A stretch of 64,000 nt of DNA from an uncultured virus (IMG/VR IMGVR_UViG_2061766007_000665) (IMGVR_UViG_2061766007_000665), one strand, 5' to 3'; counted from the stretch's first letter, positions 21,399 through 33,501 are shown. The notes: generated by a model not told the origin, from the sequence alone. Numbers and translations are program-made.

Positions 21399-22114
21399 AT
21401 GTATAAAGGACTTTATAATACATTTAAACATTGGTATGATGGTGGCCAGGTCTATTTCTATGCTGATCCGCATTTTGGTGACGAAGACATGAAATATATT
21501 CGCAAGAATTATATTGGAGACGAAGAACAGATTAAGCATATCAATTCTAAAGTTGGTAAAAAAGATACACTTGTAATTCTTGGTGATATTGGCGATATTA
21601 AATGCGTCCAGAAGCTTAAGGGCCGTAAGATTTTGATCTGCGGAAATCATGATATGGGGGCCACTAAATATCAGCGCCATATGGAGTTCTATTTCTATGA
21701 TGACAAAGATAGGGCTATGGAAGCCTTAAAGAATCGTAAGATTTGTCAGTTTAGAGAAGATGGATATAATTATACCACTCAGTGTCATGAATACATTGGC
21801 TGGTCTNNNNNNNNNNNNNNNNNNNNNNNNNNNNNNTTTCAGAAAATATTATTCTTTCTCATGAACAGGTTAATTTCCCGTACGCTCTTAATATTCATGG
21901 GCACGATCATAGTTATTGGGCAAAAGATGATGAGCTTCATTTAAATGTATGCGCCGAACATATTAACTATACTCCGGTATCTTTAAAAGAAATTATTGAG
22001 TCTGGTAAGCTTAAAAACATTCCTAATATACATAGACAAACGATTGATAGGGCCACAGATCGTAGAAAACTTGCAAAAGGTATTTTAAAGGAGCTTGAAA
22101 ATGGGAAAGCTTGA
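21399..22114 (+). CDS. Calcineurin-like phosphoesterase (frame offset by gap)
   Basis: ADPHFG, LGDIG, GNHD, then LSHE and IHGHDH after gap. Confidence 0.85.
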
Positions 22115-22336
22115 TAAGATTTATATTGATGATGAACTCCCAGAACCTGATGAAACCATGATGTGCACGCACTATATTGTTAGAAACCAAGGTTTGCGCA
22201 GCACGTGGGAGGTGTGCAAAGACGATTGTGGGCATCTTTATTGGGTTCAAGTTAGTCGTCCCGTTCCAGACACCATGTATGTTTGGAGATATTGACTTGA
22301 TAAGGAAGTTAATAATTAGGCTTTTATAAGCCTTTT

Positions 22337-22412
22337 CGGGGTGTAGCGCAGTTGGTAGCGCGCCTGCTTTGGGAGCAGGATGTCGTGCGTTCGAGTCGCA
22401 CCACTCCGACCA
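22337..22412 (+). tRNA. tRNA-Pro(UGG)
   Basis: cctgc-ttTGGga-gcagg, ACCA. Confidence 0.95.
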
Positions 22413-22973
22413 TAAGGAGAAATAAAAATGGATAGGATCTACACAATTACAGCATGTACAAAACTTGAATCTGACGAAAAGGGTTGGCCGTATTTTGGCA
22501 GTATGCGAGTGCTTGGTTGGTACGAAGAATTTAGTGACGCCGATGAAGCTCTTCGTGAAAACGTATTAGACATTTATGAGTATACTTATAATTATGCGGT
22601 AATTGAATGGGTAGAACCGGGACTATACCCAAACATTATAGATCGTCAATTTTATCAGTGGGATCCTGTTAAAAAAGGATACCGTCCTATTACAGAACCA
22701 AAGTTTATGAAACATTTTTGCAATATTAGTATGGGGTAAAAACAATGGACATTAGCATTATTAAATGGAATAAGGAAACCACTCCTCCTGATGGAGATGA
22801 AGTTCTTGTGCATATGAGAGACGATCATGGCGATAGCCTTAATTGGTATACTACTACAGCAGTACATTTCGGAGATATTTGGGTTAAAGACAATGATTAT
22901 CTTTGCGGAACTGTAATGATGTGGGCTGAGATCCCCCAGGATATAATTTCAATTCATGATTAATTTTTTTCAA

Positions 22974-23008
22974 AAACGCTTGACTTTAGCTTTAATTTGT
23001 GGTAATAT
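22974..23008 (+). promoter_or_regulatory. Sigma-A-type promoter, TTGACTTTAGC class
   Basis: TTGACT 22980, TGG-TAATAT 23003, gtaagttaaa downstream. Confidence 0.8.
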
Positions 23009-23039
23009 ATAATCGTAAGTTAAAGCTATGTCAATTTAT

Positions 23040-23114
23040 AGCGGAGTGATGCAATGGTAGCAATTCAGGCTCATAACCTGAAAGTTGCGGGTTCGAATCC
23101 CGTCTCCGCAACCA
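23040..23114 (+). tRNA. tRNA-Met(CAU), initiator-like
   Basis: tcagg-ctCATaa-cctga; unpaired A1:A72; ACCA. Confidence 0.9.
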
Positions 23115-23365
23115 AAAGTCAGTGTGAGGGTTAGAATTGTGGCTGGAAGCGGGGCAGAAATAGTAAGTGGAATGACACTCCTGAGACAATCTGGGTTTTT
23201 GGGGCAACGGCGAAAGCTGGACCTACTCGGAACGTAACTATTATAGCTGTGTAACATTGATTTATTACCTTGGCGATAAGGGCGCCGCCTATAGGTGGCA
23301 AAAATCGTTCCAGCAATGCAGATGTACTGCAGGCGGTTGACGGTGACCGAGTGGAACCGTAATTT

Positions 23366-23444
23366 GGGCGAATAGGCGAATTGGCATAGCCACTTGCCTT
23401 AGGNNNNNNNNNNNNNNNNNNNNNNNNNNCCACTTTGCCCACCA
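23366..23444 (+). tRNA. tRNA-Leu(UAG), partly in gap
   Basis: gggcgaa/tttgccc acceptor, cttgc-ctTAG, ACCA. Confidence 0.8.
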
Positions 23445-23630
23445 GAGAGGACGGCTGGTCCTTGTCAAAACCTGATCATATATTGTTAAAATTATTAAAA
23501 CCGGCGGCTATTATAGAAGCCGTCATATATGTAAATTATTTAATCGATCAGGACAGCTAAACCCCAGAACCAAAGATCTAGTTCTGAGCATGAAAGGTGC
23601 GTGGCTACCGGGAAGAGAACGGTTTTTAAT

Positions 23631-23705
23631 GCCTCAATAGCTCAATGGTGGAGCAGGCGGCTGTTAACCGCAAGGCTGTAGGTTCGAACCCTACTTGAGG
23701 CGCCA
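23631..23705 (+). tRNA. tRNA-Asn(GUU)
   Basis: gcgg-ctGTTaa-ccgc, GCCA. Confidence 0.95.
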
Positions 23706-24076
23706 TTTTAAAACAAGGAGACTATAATGAATTTAAAAGACGAAACTATTAAAGTGTTGCGGTACTACGGTAAAACGGTTGATGAAATTAACTGGATCGG
23801 TTGTAGAGATTTTACAATACCTTGTGACTTATTTTGGCAACTTGCTGATAAAGAATATGATAGTGGATTTGGCGCACAAGAAGTAGCATCAGATTTAATT
23901 ATAGTTGGAAACAACTGGTGGCTTGAGCGATATGAATACGATGGGTCTGAGCATTGGGAATATAAACAGTTTCCAATAAAGCCAAATAAAACCAGGGTAG
24001 TTGACAGAGTTATGTTAGGTAAGCATGGCTGGAGTTCGTTGTACGATCTTAATAAAGAAGACTAAGACAAAGAAAA

Positions 24077-24519
24077 ATGAAAAACTCTTATATTGATCAA
24101 TTTAAAGGTAAATACGAATTTTTAAGTAATTTTTACCCGGTTAAAGTAAACTACATGGGACTTACGTTTGACAATAGCGAAGCAGCATATCAGGCTGCAA
24201 AATGTCCTGAACGCGCACAAGAGTTTATTGGAATTACACCCGCTTATGCTAAATCGCTTGGTAAAAGAGTTCCGCTTCGTGATAATTGNNNNNNNNNNNN
24301 NNNNNNNNNNNNNNNNNNNNNNNNNNNCAAAACCCCGATCTTAAATTAAGACTAATTGCAACCGGAGATAGCGAGCTTATTGAAGGTAATTTTCATGGAG
24401 ACCGCTACTGGGGTGTCTATAATGGAGTCGGAGACAACCATCTTGGAAAAACGCTAATGGCTCTTCGTGAAGTATACTGTAATGAAATTTTGGAGCAAGA
24501 CGAGGTTTCCGGGCAATGA
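24077..24519 (+). CDS. NADAR (YbiA/DUF1768) family protein (ORFs joined across gap)
   Basis: FLSNFY, SEAAYQAAK, AKSLGK, QNPDLK..LIATG..ELIEGN..DRYWG, G.NHLGK.LM.LR. Confidence 0.88.
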
Positions 24520-24882
24520 ATTTTCAAAAGCTAGTAGACAAATATGGTAACGACAAACAATTTTGGGAAGAAGCAAAAAGAGGTATTAACATGGATCCTA
24601 AAGAAGAAACTGTAGAAACCAAGATTTATCCGGTTCAAGATTATTTGGTTATTTATGATGACGATTTTAGATGTATGTATCACGACGTTACCTGTTTGAA
24701 GGAGCTTATTGGGCACGTAATTGAAGACAATAGGCCGGCTAGTTTTGCAGTCCTTACCAAAGCAATTCATGGGTTTGATGATAATGATCCAGATCTGGTC
24801 GAATTTTATAACAGTTCTTGCCCCATTTCAAGAATAGCTCATATTTNNNNNNNNNNNNNNNNNNNNNNNNNNNNNNNNNNNT

Positions 24883-24958
24883 GCGGTCGTAGCTCAATTG
24901 GTAGAGTGCCAGCCTTCCAAGCTGGATGCTGAGGGTTCGAAGCCCTTCGGCCGCTCCA
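24883..24958 (+). tRNA. tRNA-Gly(UCC)
   Basis: ccagc-ctTCCaa-gctgg, TCCA. Confidence 0.95.
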
Positions 24959-25112
24959 GATTCTGCGCAAAATCATTAAGGCTTAATACTAGTTAACACC
25001 CTTAATGATTGGCACAGATAATTTAAAAACACTTTTCACGTTTTTATTTATGATTAAAGCAAAGAAAACATCGAAAGTCACAAAATAACCACATCAAACA
25101 CGTAAATAATTT

Positions 25113-25187
25113 GCGCTCATAGCTCAACGGATAGAGCCACGGTCTTCTAAACCGTTAATGAAGGTTCGATTCCTTCTGGGCGTACCA
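25113..25187 (+). tRNA. tRNA-Arg(UCU)
   Basis: acggt-ctTCTaa-accgt, ACCA. Confidence 0.95.
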
Positions 25188-25817
25188 AAGGAGTGAAATA
25201 TGGTAGAATTAATTGTATGGCTTTTCTTCGCATCTGTGTTAGCATATTTGGTAACTGATGCATTGGATATTTTCCTTGAAACAGACCATAAAATTCTTAA
25301 AGGACTGACATTTGCGTTTACAGCTCTTACTTTTTTGTCATTGATCGGAATGTTTCTTATTGGATAATTGAATATTATGAAGTCTAAAAAAATCGATCTA
25401 AACTCCAAACTCACTAAATGGGAACCGTATCAATACAAACTTGATTTTATTACTAGTAATTCTGGAATTAGCGTAATAGATACTTCTTGTATGACGGTGT
25501 CAGAAATTAAGCAAGAGCTTAAAGAATTTGGGGCATCAACTGTTGTAAATAATGTTAAAACAGGAGTTTTATATGCTGTAAGAAAATTAAACTGGTGCGG
25601 GAAAGACGAAAAGACAAATGAACTAGGATATAGTATATCTATNNNNNNNNNNNNNNGATTAATTGGGTACAAAATTTCGCATGTTGGCTTTGTAAAACAC
25701 GACGATTTTTATAAAGTTTTTAATGATGCTCAAAGGTTTATTGTTTTAAAAGACAATGATGGGCTTTTTAAAGATCTCCGTTATGGCAAAAAATATGTTT
25801 AACAATGGATTAGAAGG

Positions 25818-26159
25818 ATGGAATTTATAATGAATAAAGAAGTAAAGCATTATCCCGGCAAAGATAGCACAGGAAAGCCTCAGGTTTCTCTTGTACCTAC
25901 TCAAATTATTTGGGATATTACTCAGGTTCGAGAATATGGCAATAACAAATATCATGAGCCCGATAACTGGAAGGTTGTCGACCCTCAGAAATTTATAGAC
26001 GCTATGCTTAGACACACGCTTAAATTCTGGGAAGACCCCCATGCTATTGATCCAGAAAGCGGACTTCCTCATTATAAGCATATAGCGTGTAATCTTGCAT
26101 TCATTTGTGATATGTTCGCAAAACAAGAGAAAGAAAAGCGGGAGAAAGACAATGGCTAA
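25818..26159 (+). CDS. dATP/dGTP diphosphohydrolase-like (DUF5664) protein
   Basis: GKPQVSLVP, YGNNKY..DNW, AMLRH, DPESGLPH..HIACNLAF. Confidence 0.8.
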   Translation: MEFIMNKEVKHYPGKDSTGKPQVSLVPTQIIWDITQVREYGNNKYHEPDNWKVVDPQKFIDAMLRHTLKFWEDPHAIDPESGLPHYKHIACNLAFICDMFAKQEKEKREKDNG

Positions 26160-26457
26160 ATATCGTAAAAAGCCCGTTGTAATTGAAGCAATCCAGTGGA
26201 CAGGGTTTAATCAAGACGAAATTAGAAAATACTTTGGTACAACGTTTGAAGAGAGATCCGAGGTTCGTGGTAATTATGAATACGATGAAGAGAACCTAAA
26301 GTTTTATCTTAAAAGCTATATTCTTACAATTAAGACTCTTGAAGGTAATATGATGGCAAGCAAAGGCGATTATATTATTCGCGGAATTGATGGAGAATAT
26401 TATCCCTGCAAACCCAAAATCTTTGAAAAGACATACGAATATGTATCGGAAAATTAA
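26152..26457 (+). CDS. Conserved small phage protein (PGDYG-like)
   Basis: YRKKPVVIEAIQW...TLEG...GDYII.G..GEYYPCKP.IF.KTYE. Confidence 0.7.
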   Translation: MAKYRKKPVVIEAIQWTGFNQDEIRKYFGTTFEERSEVRGNYEYDEENLKFYLKSYILTIKTLEGNMMASKGDYIIRGIDGEYYPCKPKIFEKTYEYVSEN

Positions 26458-26796
26458 CACTTATAAAGGATTAATTCAAAAAAATGAGTAGAAGAGCGTG
26501 GGCAACTAACGAAANNNNNNNNNNNNNNNNNNNNNNNNNNNGATCCGGTTGGTGATTCTTCAATAGACCCGACAATAGAGGACAATCTTAAAACCCTTAT
26601 AGATATAACTAACTGGTGCATGGACGGGCTATATAGTGCAGCCAGATTTAGAAAGAGTCATTATCGCAGTATGGCAGATATAGGAGAACGCGCATACGCG
26701 TCTCTTCTTGAATATAAAGATTGGATTAATGGAGTAGAAAACGAATTAAAATAAAGCANNNNNNNNNNNNNNNNNNNNNNNNNNNNNNNNNNNNNN

Positions 26797-26823
26797 GACT
26801 TTAGCTTTTATTTGTGATATATT
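26797..26823 (+). promoter_or_regulatory. Sigma-A-type promoter, TTGACTTTAGC class (-35 partly in gap)
   Basis: GACTTTAGCTTT..TGA-TATATT, gtaagtt downstream. Confidence 0.75.
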
Positions 26824-26842
26824 ATATATGTAAGTTGAATTT

Positions 26843-26906
26843 AGGGCCGTAGCCAAGCGGTAAGGCATGGGACTTTGACTCCCACATTCGCTGGTTCGAA
26901 CCCAGC
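26843..26906 (+). tRNA. tRNA-Gln(UUG), 3' end in gap
   Basis: gccaagcggtaaggc D arm, tggga-ctTTGac-tccca, gctgg-ttcgaac-ccagc. Confidence 0.9.
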
Positions 26907-28279
26907 NNNNNNNNNNNNNNNNNNNNNNNNNNNNNNNNNNNNNNNNNNNNNNNNNNNNNNNNNNNNNNNNNNNNNNNNNNNNNNNNNNNNNNNNNNNNNN
27001 NNNNNNNNNNNNNNNGATCTGGATTTATTGCTGGAGTATTGTCAAAATTTTATACCGATGAAGCAAAGGTTAGAGAGCTGATTAATCACGGTTCTGCAGA
27101 TTATGTTTATCCAGGCAGATATTTTGGTGCTGCAAATGATGGCTTTGAGCCCGAAGTGATGCATTTCGACTCACCCGATGATCTGTATGTAGCAATTGAT
27201 CCAATACGTATGGCGTCAGAAGGCGACTATCCGGAAGAAGATTTGATTTTTCTGACAACGCATATATTTATTTTTGATAATTATGGCGTAGTAGAAGATG
27301 ATAAGCCTGGATGGTCTTGTTGGTATGATCAATCTGGACACGATATTAACTGGGCATATCATGATAATGGCGAATATTCTGCGTCCGAATTAATTGAAGA
27401 AGAAAACGAAGCGATGAAATACTACAAAGAAAAAGGACTGGCACAGTATCTTTAAAGGGGAATTAAATGCAATCGGAATATGAGCGCGGAATCCTTTTAT
27501 ATGCTAACGCAGGGAAAGGCTATAAAGTATCATTCATAACTAGCGATACCTTAATGCACGCAGCCGCTATCATTCGATGGTTTTATGAAGACGATGAAAA
27601 AGCTAAAAATTTGATAGATCGCGGAACATATGTTAGACTTGATTGCAATGATTCGCAAATGACGACATGTCCATCATTCTTTAGTACCGATATTCCGGAA
27701 AGATATGCATGGCTTCCAAGGTTGTATTACAGAACCGAGGTCCAAAAATGGTATGTTTGTACATGCGGTAATAGAGCTGGCATATTTGAAGAAACCGAGC
27801 TTAGAAAATGGATAGAAGAGCGTTTTCCGGAATATAATGAGCCGAGCTGTCTTTCTACATTAATAGATCGAGACATGCAACACAAAAAAACCAAAAACAA
27901 ATTTGAACAGTGGAAAAAAGAGAAAAACAAACTTTTTGAAAACGATGATGCAAGATAGGAGAAGAGTATGAAAGAAATTATTATTCTGGCACTGTCTATT
28001 ATTATTCCGGTACTTATTGTAATAATTGGTTTTCTGTGGATTCATAAAGATGATTATCCAAGCAAAGCCATTAAGAACCTTGACAAATACATTATGGACT
28101 CCCTTATTGAGGAGCGCGATGCTCTTATGATTCGTTATAAAGATCTTAAAGTTAAAAAAGACGTTGTTGCTCCGGAATATTTCGATGTTGTTTATAGAGA
28201 ATATAAGAATGTAGAAGAACGTTTAGAAATTAATCGTGCTAGAATAATGGCTGAAAAGAAGAAAATGGCGGAGGCATAG

Positions 28280-28945
28280 TATGTCGTTTAAAATGTTTAG
28301 ATATTTAAATAAATACGTAGGAACATATAGAGTTATGGCTCGANNNNNNNNNNNNNNNNNNNNNNNNNNNNNNNNNNNNNNNNNNNNNNNNNNGATGAAA
28401 CCGGGGCTCTTGACGACTCTTTTGATGACCTTTATATTCCTTGCAGACGTGGAGAGATAAGGCACACGTATAGAGATACCCGTGGATACGAAGTTCTTTG
28501 TTGGTATACAGACTCATCTACTCAGGGAAAAAACGTATATAAAGAACTGTCTAAAGACAAAGACCTTTGGCTCGAGGCAGACGATGTCGATCCTTTTGAT
28601 TATTATATTTATTTTAGGGCGGAAGATATAGAAAAAATTGCTGCTGTTGTTGAACCAAAGACCAATGGCAAGAAAATAACCCCTTTTTCGTCTAAAAACC
28701 TACCCAAAACTCCATACGAAATTCCGGAAGAAGACTTGAAGAAATATAAAGCAGAAATAAATGGCCTTTCCATGACCGATGTGCTTAAGCTTTATAAGGG
28801 CTTTGAACAAAAGATACCGGAGCTAAAAGGTAAAAAGTTTGACTTTAAAAAGGCTAAAATTGAAGCTCGACTTAAAGGGAAAGAACTTATTCACAGTCTT
28901 GGACTTTGGAGCGAATATGTCCAGTATATTAAGGAGAACAAATAA
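28280..28945 (+). CDS. Hypothetical phage protein (spans gap)
   Basis: GGAGG RBS, ATG 28280, open frame after gap to stop overlapping ligase start. Confidence 0.6.
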
Positions 28946-31008
28946 TGGATCTGAAAGAGCTTACAGATAAACTTAATTATTACAGAGACCAATATTATAA
29001 TTTTAGTAACTCTGTAATTAGTGACGAAGAATATGACAATTTATTCGATCAGCTTGTAGCTCTTGAAAATCAACTTGGCACCTTTATGTCTAACTCTCCT
29101 ACGCATACTGTTGGATATACTGTGCAGCCTATGCTTAATAAGGTTAAACATAGTCATCCGATGCTTTCGCTTAATAAAACCAAGAGCGTTGATGATATTG
29201 TTAAATTTGCCAATGGTCAGGAAATTATCCAAATGCCTAAAATGGACGGTCTTACCTGTTCTTTGCATTATAATGCTAACGGAGAACTTGAAAGAGCGGA
29301 AACAAGGGGCAATGGCGAAATTGGAGAAAACATTACAAATAACGCCTATCAGTTAACAAACATTCCTCTAAAAATTGATAATGGAGGAGTTCCCTTTACC
29401 GTTGATGGTGAGGTTATTGTATCTCTTCAAGATTTTGAAGAATATAATAAGAGTCTCCCGGAAGATCAAAAGTATTCTCACCCCCGCAACTTTGCAGCCG
29501 GTGGTATTAGGCAGCTTGATACAAAAGAGACGGCTAATAGGAAATTAAGATTTGTTGCTTGGAAAGTTGTTGAAGGATATACTAAAGATCAGACGCTTTT
29601 TATTGATCGTCTTAAATTAGCTAATAAGCTTGGTTTTGAAACAGTTGATTATCTTGTGTGGGATGCAGTTAATATTAGTAACAATATAATTGAACTGGCA
29701 ACTCATGAATCCGGAGAACTGGGAGATGCGGTTGTAGACAAAGAGCTTTTGAAAGAAAAGTATACTAACCGTGATATGTTGCTTCTTTTCATTGAATATA
29801 TGAAAGAGTCAATGGCAGAAATCGGCTATCCCATTGACGGTCTTGTTTATACCTATGATGATTGCGAATATGCTTCTACTCTTGGAGAAACCGCCCATCA
29901 TCCGCTTCACTCTCTTGCATATAAGTTTTATGATGAGTCATATGAGACTATGCTTAAAGACATTGTATGGCAAGTTGGTAAAACTGGCGCTGTAACTCCT
30001 GTTGCCGTATTTGATCCGGTTGAAATTGACGGTTCTATTGTAGAAAGAGCTTCGCTCCATAATATCTCTATTCTTACAGAAAAACTTGGGGATCCTTACA
30101 AAGGCCAAAAAGTTTGGGTAACCAAGTGTAATATGATTATTCCGCAGATTGTAAAAGCAGATAAGGCGCCATCCACTAACTATAAATGGATTGGTCAACC
30201 CGTGGTTTGTCCATCTTGTGGAAAGCCTCTCAAATATAGAAGTGCAAATGGGGTCATTACGCTTAATTGCATTAATGACGCATGCCCAGCTAAGAACCTT
30301 GAAAAGTTCGTGCATTTTGTGTCTAAAGATGGCATGGATATTGATGGCCTTTCTGAAGCCACGCTTGATGCATTTATTGAAAATGGATTAATTCATAAGT
30401 TTAAAGACATTTATATGCTTAAACTTTTGAAGAATCATATTCTAGATCTTGAAGGCTTTGGTGAAAAGAGCTATAATGCTCTAATTGCTGCCATAGATAA
30501 ATCTGCCAATGTGAAGCTTAAAAACTATCTTTGCGCATTATCTATCCCCCTGATTGGTAAATCTGCTGCGAAGAAAATCAGCGCTCACTTTGATGGCGAT
30601 TATAGCAAATTTATTGATGCGCTTAGAACCGATTATGATTTTACTCAAATTGATGATATCGGCGTTGTAGCGTTCGATAATCTTAGAAACTGGAGAGACA
30701 ATCCTCCAGAAATTGAAAATGAGCTTCTTGATGTTATCAAATTTGTTAACACCGATACTCAGAAGGTCGCCAACGACTTTGTTAATGGCAAGACATTTGT
30801 TATTACTGGCGCCTTCAGTAAACCCAGATCAGAATATGAAAAACTTATTGAAAGCATGGGTGGTAAGCTTGCTGGATCGGTAAGCAAAAAGACCGACTAT
30901 CTTTTAACAAATGATGCGGGATCTGGTTCAACAAAGGCTAATAAAGCAAAAGAACTCGGTATTCCTATTTTATCAGAAGCTGAATTTATGGTGAAAGTAA
31001 ATGGATAA
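28945..31008 (+). CDS. ligA: NAD-dependent DNA ligase
   Basis: HSHPMLSL, KMDGL, TRGNG, DGEV, PRN, IDGLV, GKTG, LHN, Zn finger, HhH, BRCT. Confidence 0.96.
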   Translation: MDLKELTDKLNYYRDQYYNFSNSVISDEEYDNLFDQLVALENQLGTFMSNSPTHTVGYTVQPMLNKVKHSHPMLSLNKTKSVDDIVKFANGQEIIQMPKMDGLTCSLHYNANGELERAETRGNGEIGENITNNAYQLTNIPLKIDNGGVPFTVDGEVIVSLQDFEEYNKSLPEDQKYSHPRNFAAGGIRQLDTKETANRKLRFVAWKVVEGYTKDQTLFIDRLKLANKLGFETVDYLVWDAVNISNNIIELATHESGELGDAVVDKELLKEKYTNRDMLLLFIEYMKESMAEIGYPIDGLVYTYDDCEYASTLGETAHHPLHSLAYKFYDESYETMLKDIVWQVGKTGAVTPVAVFDPVEIDGSIVERASLHNISILTEKLGDPYKGQKVWVTKCNMIIPQIVKADKAPSTNYKWIGQPVVCPSCGKPLKYRSANGVITLNCINDACPAKNLEKFVHFVSKDGMDIDGLSEATLDAFIENGLIHKFKDIYMLKLLKNHILDLEGFGEKSYNALIAAIDKSANVKLKNYLCALSIPLIGKSAAKKISAHFDGDYSKFIDALRTDYDFTQIDDIGVVAFDNLRNWRDNPPEIENELLDVIKFVNTDTQKVANDFVNGKTFVITGAFSKPRSEYEKLIESMGGKLAGSVSKKTDYLLTNDAGSGSTKANKAKELGIPILSEAEFMVKVNG

Positions 31009-31408
31009 TGAAAACAAATGCCCGGAAGGCTGCACAAAATGCTGTTCTTCTAATCTTCCTTTAAGTGAATACGAGATAAATAAACTTAAAAAAGTTATTA
31101 GGCGCAAAAACATAAAACCCTTTAATAGAAATGAAAGGTGCTCAAAAGAGGATAAATATATTGATATTTGTCCATTTCTGAACGATGAAGGAAGATGCTC
31201 GGTTTATTTCTATAGACCGGATATTTGCAGGCTTTATGACTGCCACAACGAAGAATCTACTCGTGAGTTTAATCATCGTGATAAACACATAGTTAATTTT
31301 ATGAGGGAATTCTTCCCGGAATACCCTTGCGCAAATGCTCCAGATATAACTGCGATTAGTGCATATTATGAGCAGAAAAAAGAGCAAGCATTTGGAGGTA
31401 TCAAATGA
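31001..31408 (+). CDS. YkgJ-family cysteine-cluster protein
   Basis: CPEGCTKCC, CPFL...CSVY..RPDICRLY. Confidence 0.85.
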   Translation: MDNENKCPEGCTKCCSSNLPLSEYEINKLKKVIRRKNIKPFNRNERCSKEDKYIDICPFLNDEGRCSVYFYRPDICRLYDCHNEESTREFNHRDKHIVNFMREFFPEYPCANAPDITAISAYYEQKKEQAFGGIK

Positions 31409-32297
31409 ACGTAGAACTATTAAATCCAGACGAATGTAAAAGATTTTTCACCGATTGGGGCAATGCCAGCAAGGTTTGTTATGGCACAGATATTAAAAAT
31501 ACAGACCTAATTGGTAAAGCCTGCATGGAATCTGGCCACAATTCTGGCTCTAGAGGTACTTATTTTAAGTTTGAAGTTACCGGAGTTCCTCGGTTTACGG
31601 TTGATCAGGCGGTTCGTGCACAGGTTGGCACATTTATGAACGTGCAGTCTTTTAGATATGTAGATAAAGAAGATTTTAAATACGCAATCCCAGCAGATAT
31701 TGACGATGATAAAGAGCTTCTTAAAGACTATAAAGATCATATGAATAAAACAATGGCTCTTTATAAACGCATAGAATCTCATATCGAAGATAAAAATGAT
31801 AAAAAGGAACGGGCTCATGAACAGGCAAGATATGTCCTTCCTATGGCGACTGAAACGTCCTTTGTAATGGGATTTACTTACGAAGCACTTGTTCACTTTA
31901 TGAATGTTCGCCTTTGTGCAAGAGCAGAAGACAAAATTAGAGAACTTGCTCAGCTTATGAAAGACGAAGTAATTGCGGTTCTTCCTGAGCTTAGAAAGAA
32001 GCTCGTTCCGCAGTGCCAGGCTCTACTTTATTGCCCGGAAGCCAAGAGTTGTGGCGCCTATATGTCTAAAACCGATCTCATGGAAATTATTGAAGAAAGC
32101 AAAGAATATTATTATTTCTATGACTGTATTGATGATAAGATCCGGGCATATCATAGAAAACTGGCACAGTCTGAACTTCATTATGATTCTGGAGACTATG
32201 ACTCATATATTGGCAAGGCTAGAAATAAAGCAGAAGCAAAAAAACTTTTGCTTGATGGCGGATATTATTTAGACGTTGTACAAGAAGTGGTTGATGA
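31405..32297 (+). CDS. thyX: FAD-dependent thymidylate synthase (end in gap; ORF track fuses it to a downstream membrane protein)
   Basis: SGHNS, GVPRFTVDQAVR....NVQSFRY, EQARYVLP, RLC.RA...IR. Confidence 0.85.
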
Positions 32298-32624
32298 NNN
32301 NNNNNNNNNNNTGACTCGTGTAGTATACTATTATATTCTTGTGTGCGCAGTTATTTATCTGATTAACCATGGTTGCCAGCTTGTTAAATATAAGAACGTG
32401 ATTGCTAATCTTAAGTTTATTCGTAATATCACGGAAGGCTCGATCGAAGATATGGTTGTTAGCGGAAAAGAACCGCCAATTGACGGAATTTTTCCTACGC
32501 TGGCTCTCTCGTTTGTACCGATTGCTAACATATCATATCTTGTATTTGTACTTAGGCTGTGTTTTCTTACCACCGAGTCTAAGTTAATTCAACGTTATAA
32601 AGAAATTTTTCAAAATTATTCTCA

Positions 32625-32659
32625 AAACGCTTGACTTTAGCTCAGATTTGTGGTATAGT
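32625..32659 (+). promoter_or_regulatory. Sigma-A-type promoter, TTGACTTTAGC class
   Basis: TTGACT 32631, TGG-TATAGT 32654. Confidence 0.85.
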
Positions 32660-32901
32660 ATACATAGTGGTGAGGGAAGCACCACTACCATGCAGAGGGT
32701 CTCTCGTATATACAACATATAGTGTAGATATATAGACAGATACACTATATGTTGTATGTCAGAGGCACATAAAACTATCATTTTATTTGGTGGTGTAAAT
32801 TATGACCGATCAAGATGAAAAAATCATATTAACAGGCGAACCACCTGAACAAGAGGTTGGCTTGATTGATATGCACGAATTAATTATAGAAGAACATTCC
32901 A

Positions 32902-33501
32902 ATGGCTGATAAAAAACTTAACGACAAGCAAAAGAAATGGGTCGAAGACAATCTTGGACTCGTATATTCATATTTAAGAGATAAGCATTTAAGCAGAGAG
33001 GTTTATGAAGATTTGCTATATATAGCACTCTGTGAAGGCGCTTTAAGGTATGATCCAAATAAATCATATAATATATCCTCGTATGTTTACTTACTTTTTG
33101 ATCACGCTCTTTTCACCAATAGTAGAAACGCTAATAGACAATGTAGAAAACTTGAAAATCCTCTTATCTATTTAGACAATGAAGATCTATATAGCGATGA
33201 TGGCGAAATTGGAGATTACCGAGATTGTATAGAAAGCAAGACTGTATCGGTAAGAACAAAAGAATCAATAGACAGTTATATTTGCACGATGGCCGCATAT
33301 CATCAATGGAAACAGGGTTTGACTAAAGAAGATAGAAAATTAGTAGACAGCATGATTGATGGCATGAGTCAAACCGAATATGCTAAAGCAAATAAGGTTT
33401 GTCGACAAGCGATTAGTAGTCAATTAAAGCGTTTAAGACGGTCTTTTGAGGCCGCGATGAAAGGGAAGCCATATGTCCTCCACAAAAAATTCTACAATTG
33501 A
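32902..33501 (+). CDS. Sigma-70-family sigma-factor-like protein
   Basis: Region-2-like NLGLV...EDL..IAL..GA.RYD..K...SSY; region-4 HTH GMSQTEYAK..VCRQAIS..LKR. Confidence 0.75.
   Translation: MADKKLNDKQKKWVEDNLGLVYSYLRDKHLSREVYEDLLYIALCEGALRYDPNKSYNISSYVYLLFDHALFTNSRNANRQCRKLENPLIYLDNEDLYSDDGEIGDYRDCIESKTVSVRTKESIDSYICTMAAYHQWKQGLTKEDRKLVDSMIDGMSQTEYAKANKVCRQAISSQLKRLRRSFEAAMKGKPYVLHKKFYN

Noticed and set aside
25818..26159. Z-DNA (2-aminoadenine) pathway
   Set aside because: No PurZ or other cluster gene is recognisable in the window; DUF5664 alone is insufficient
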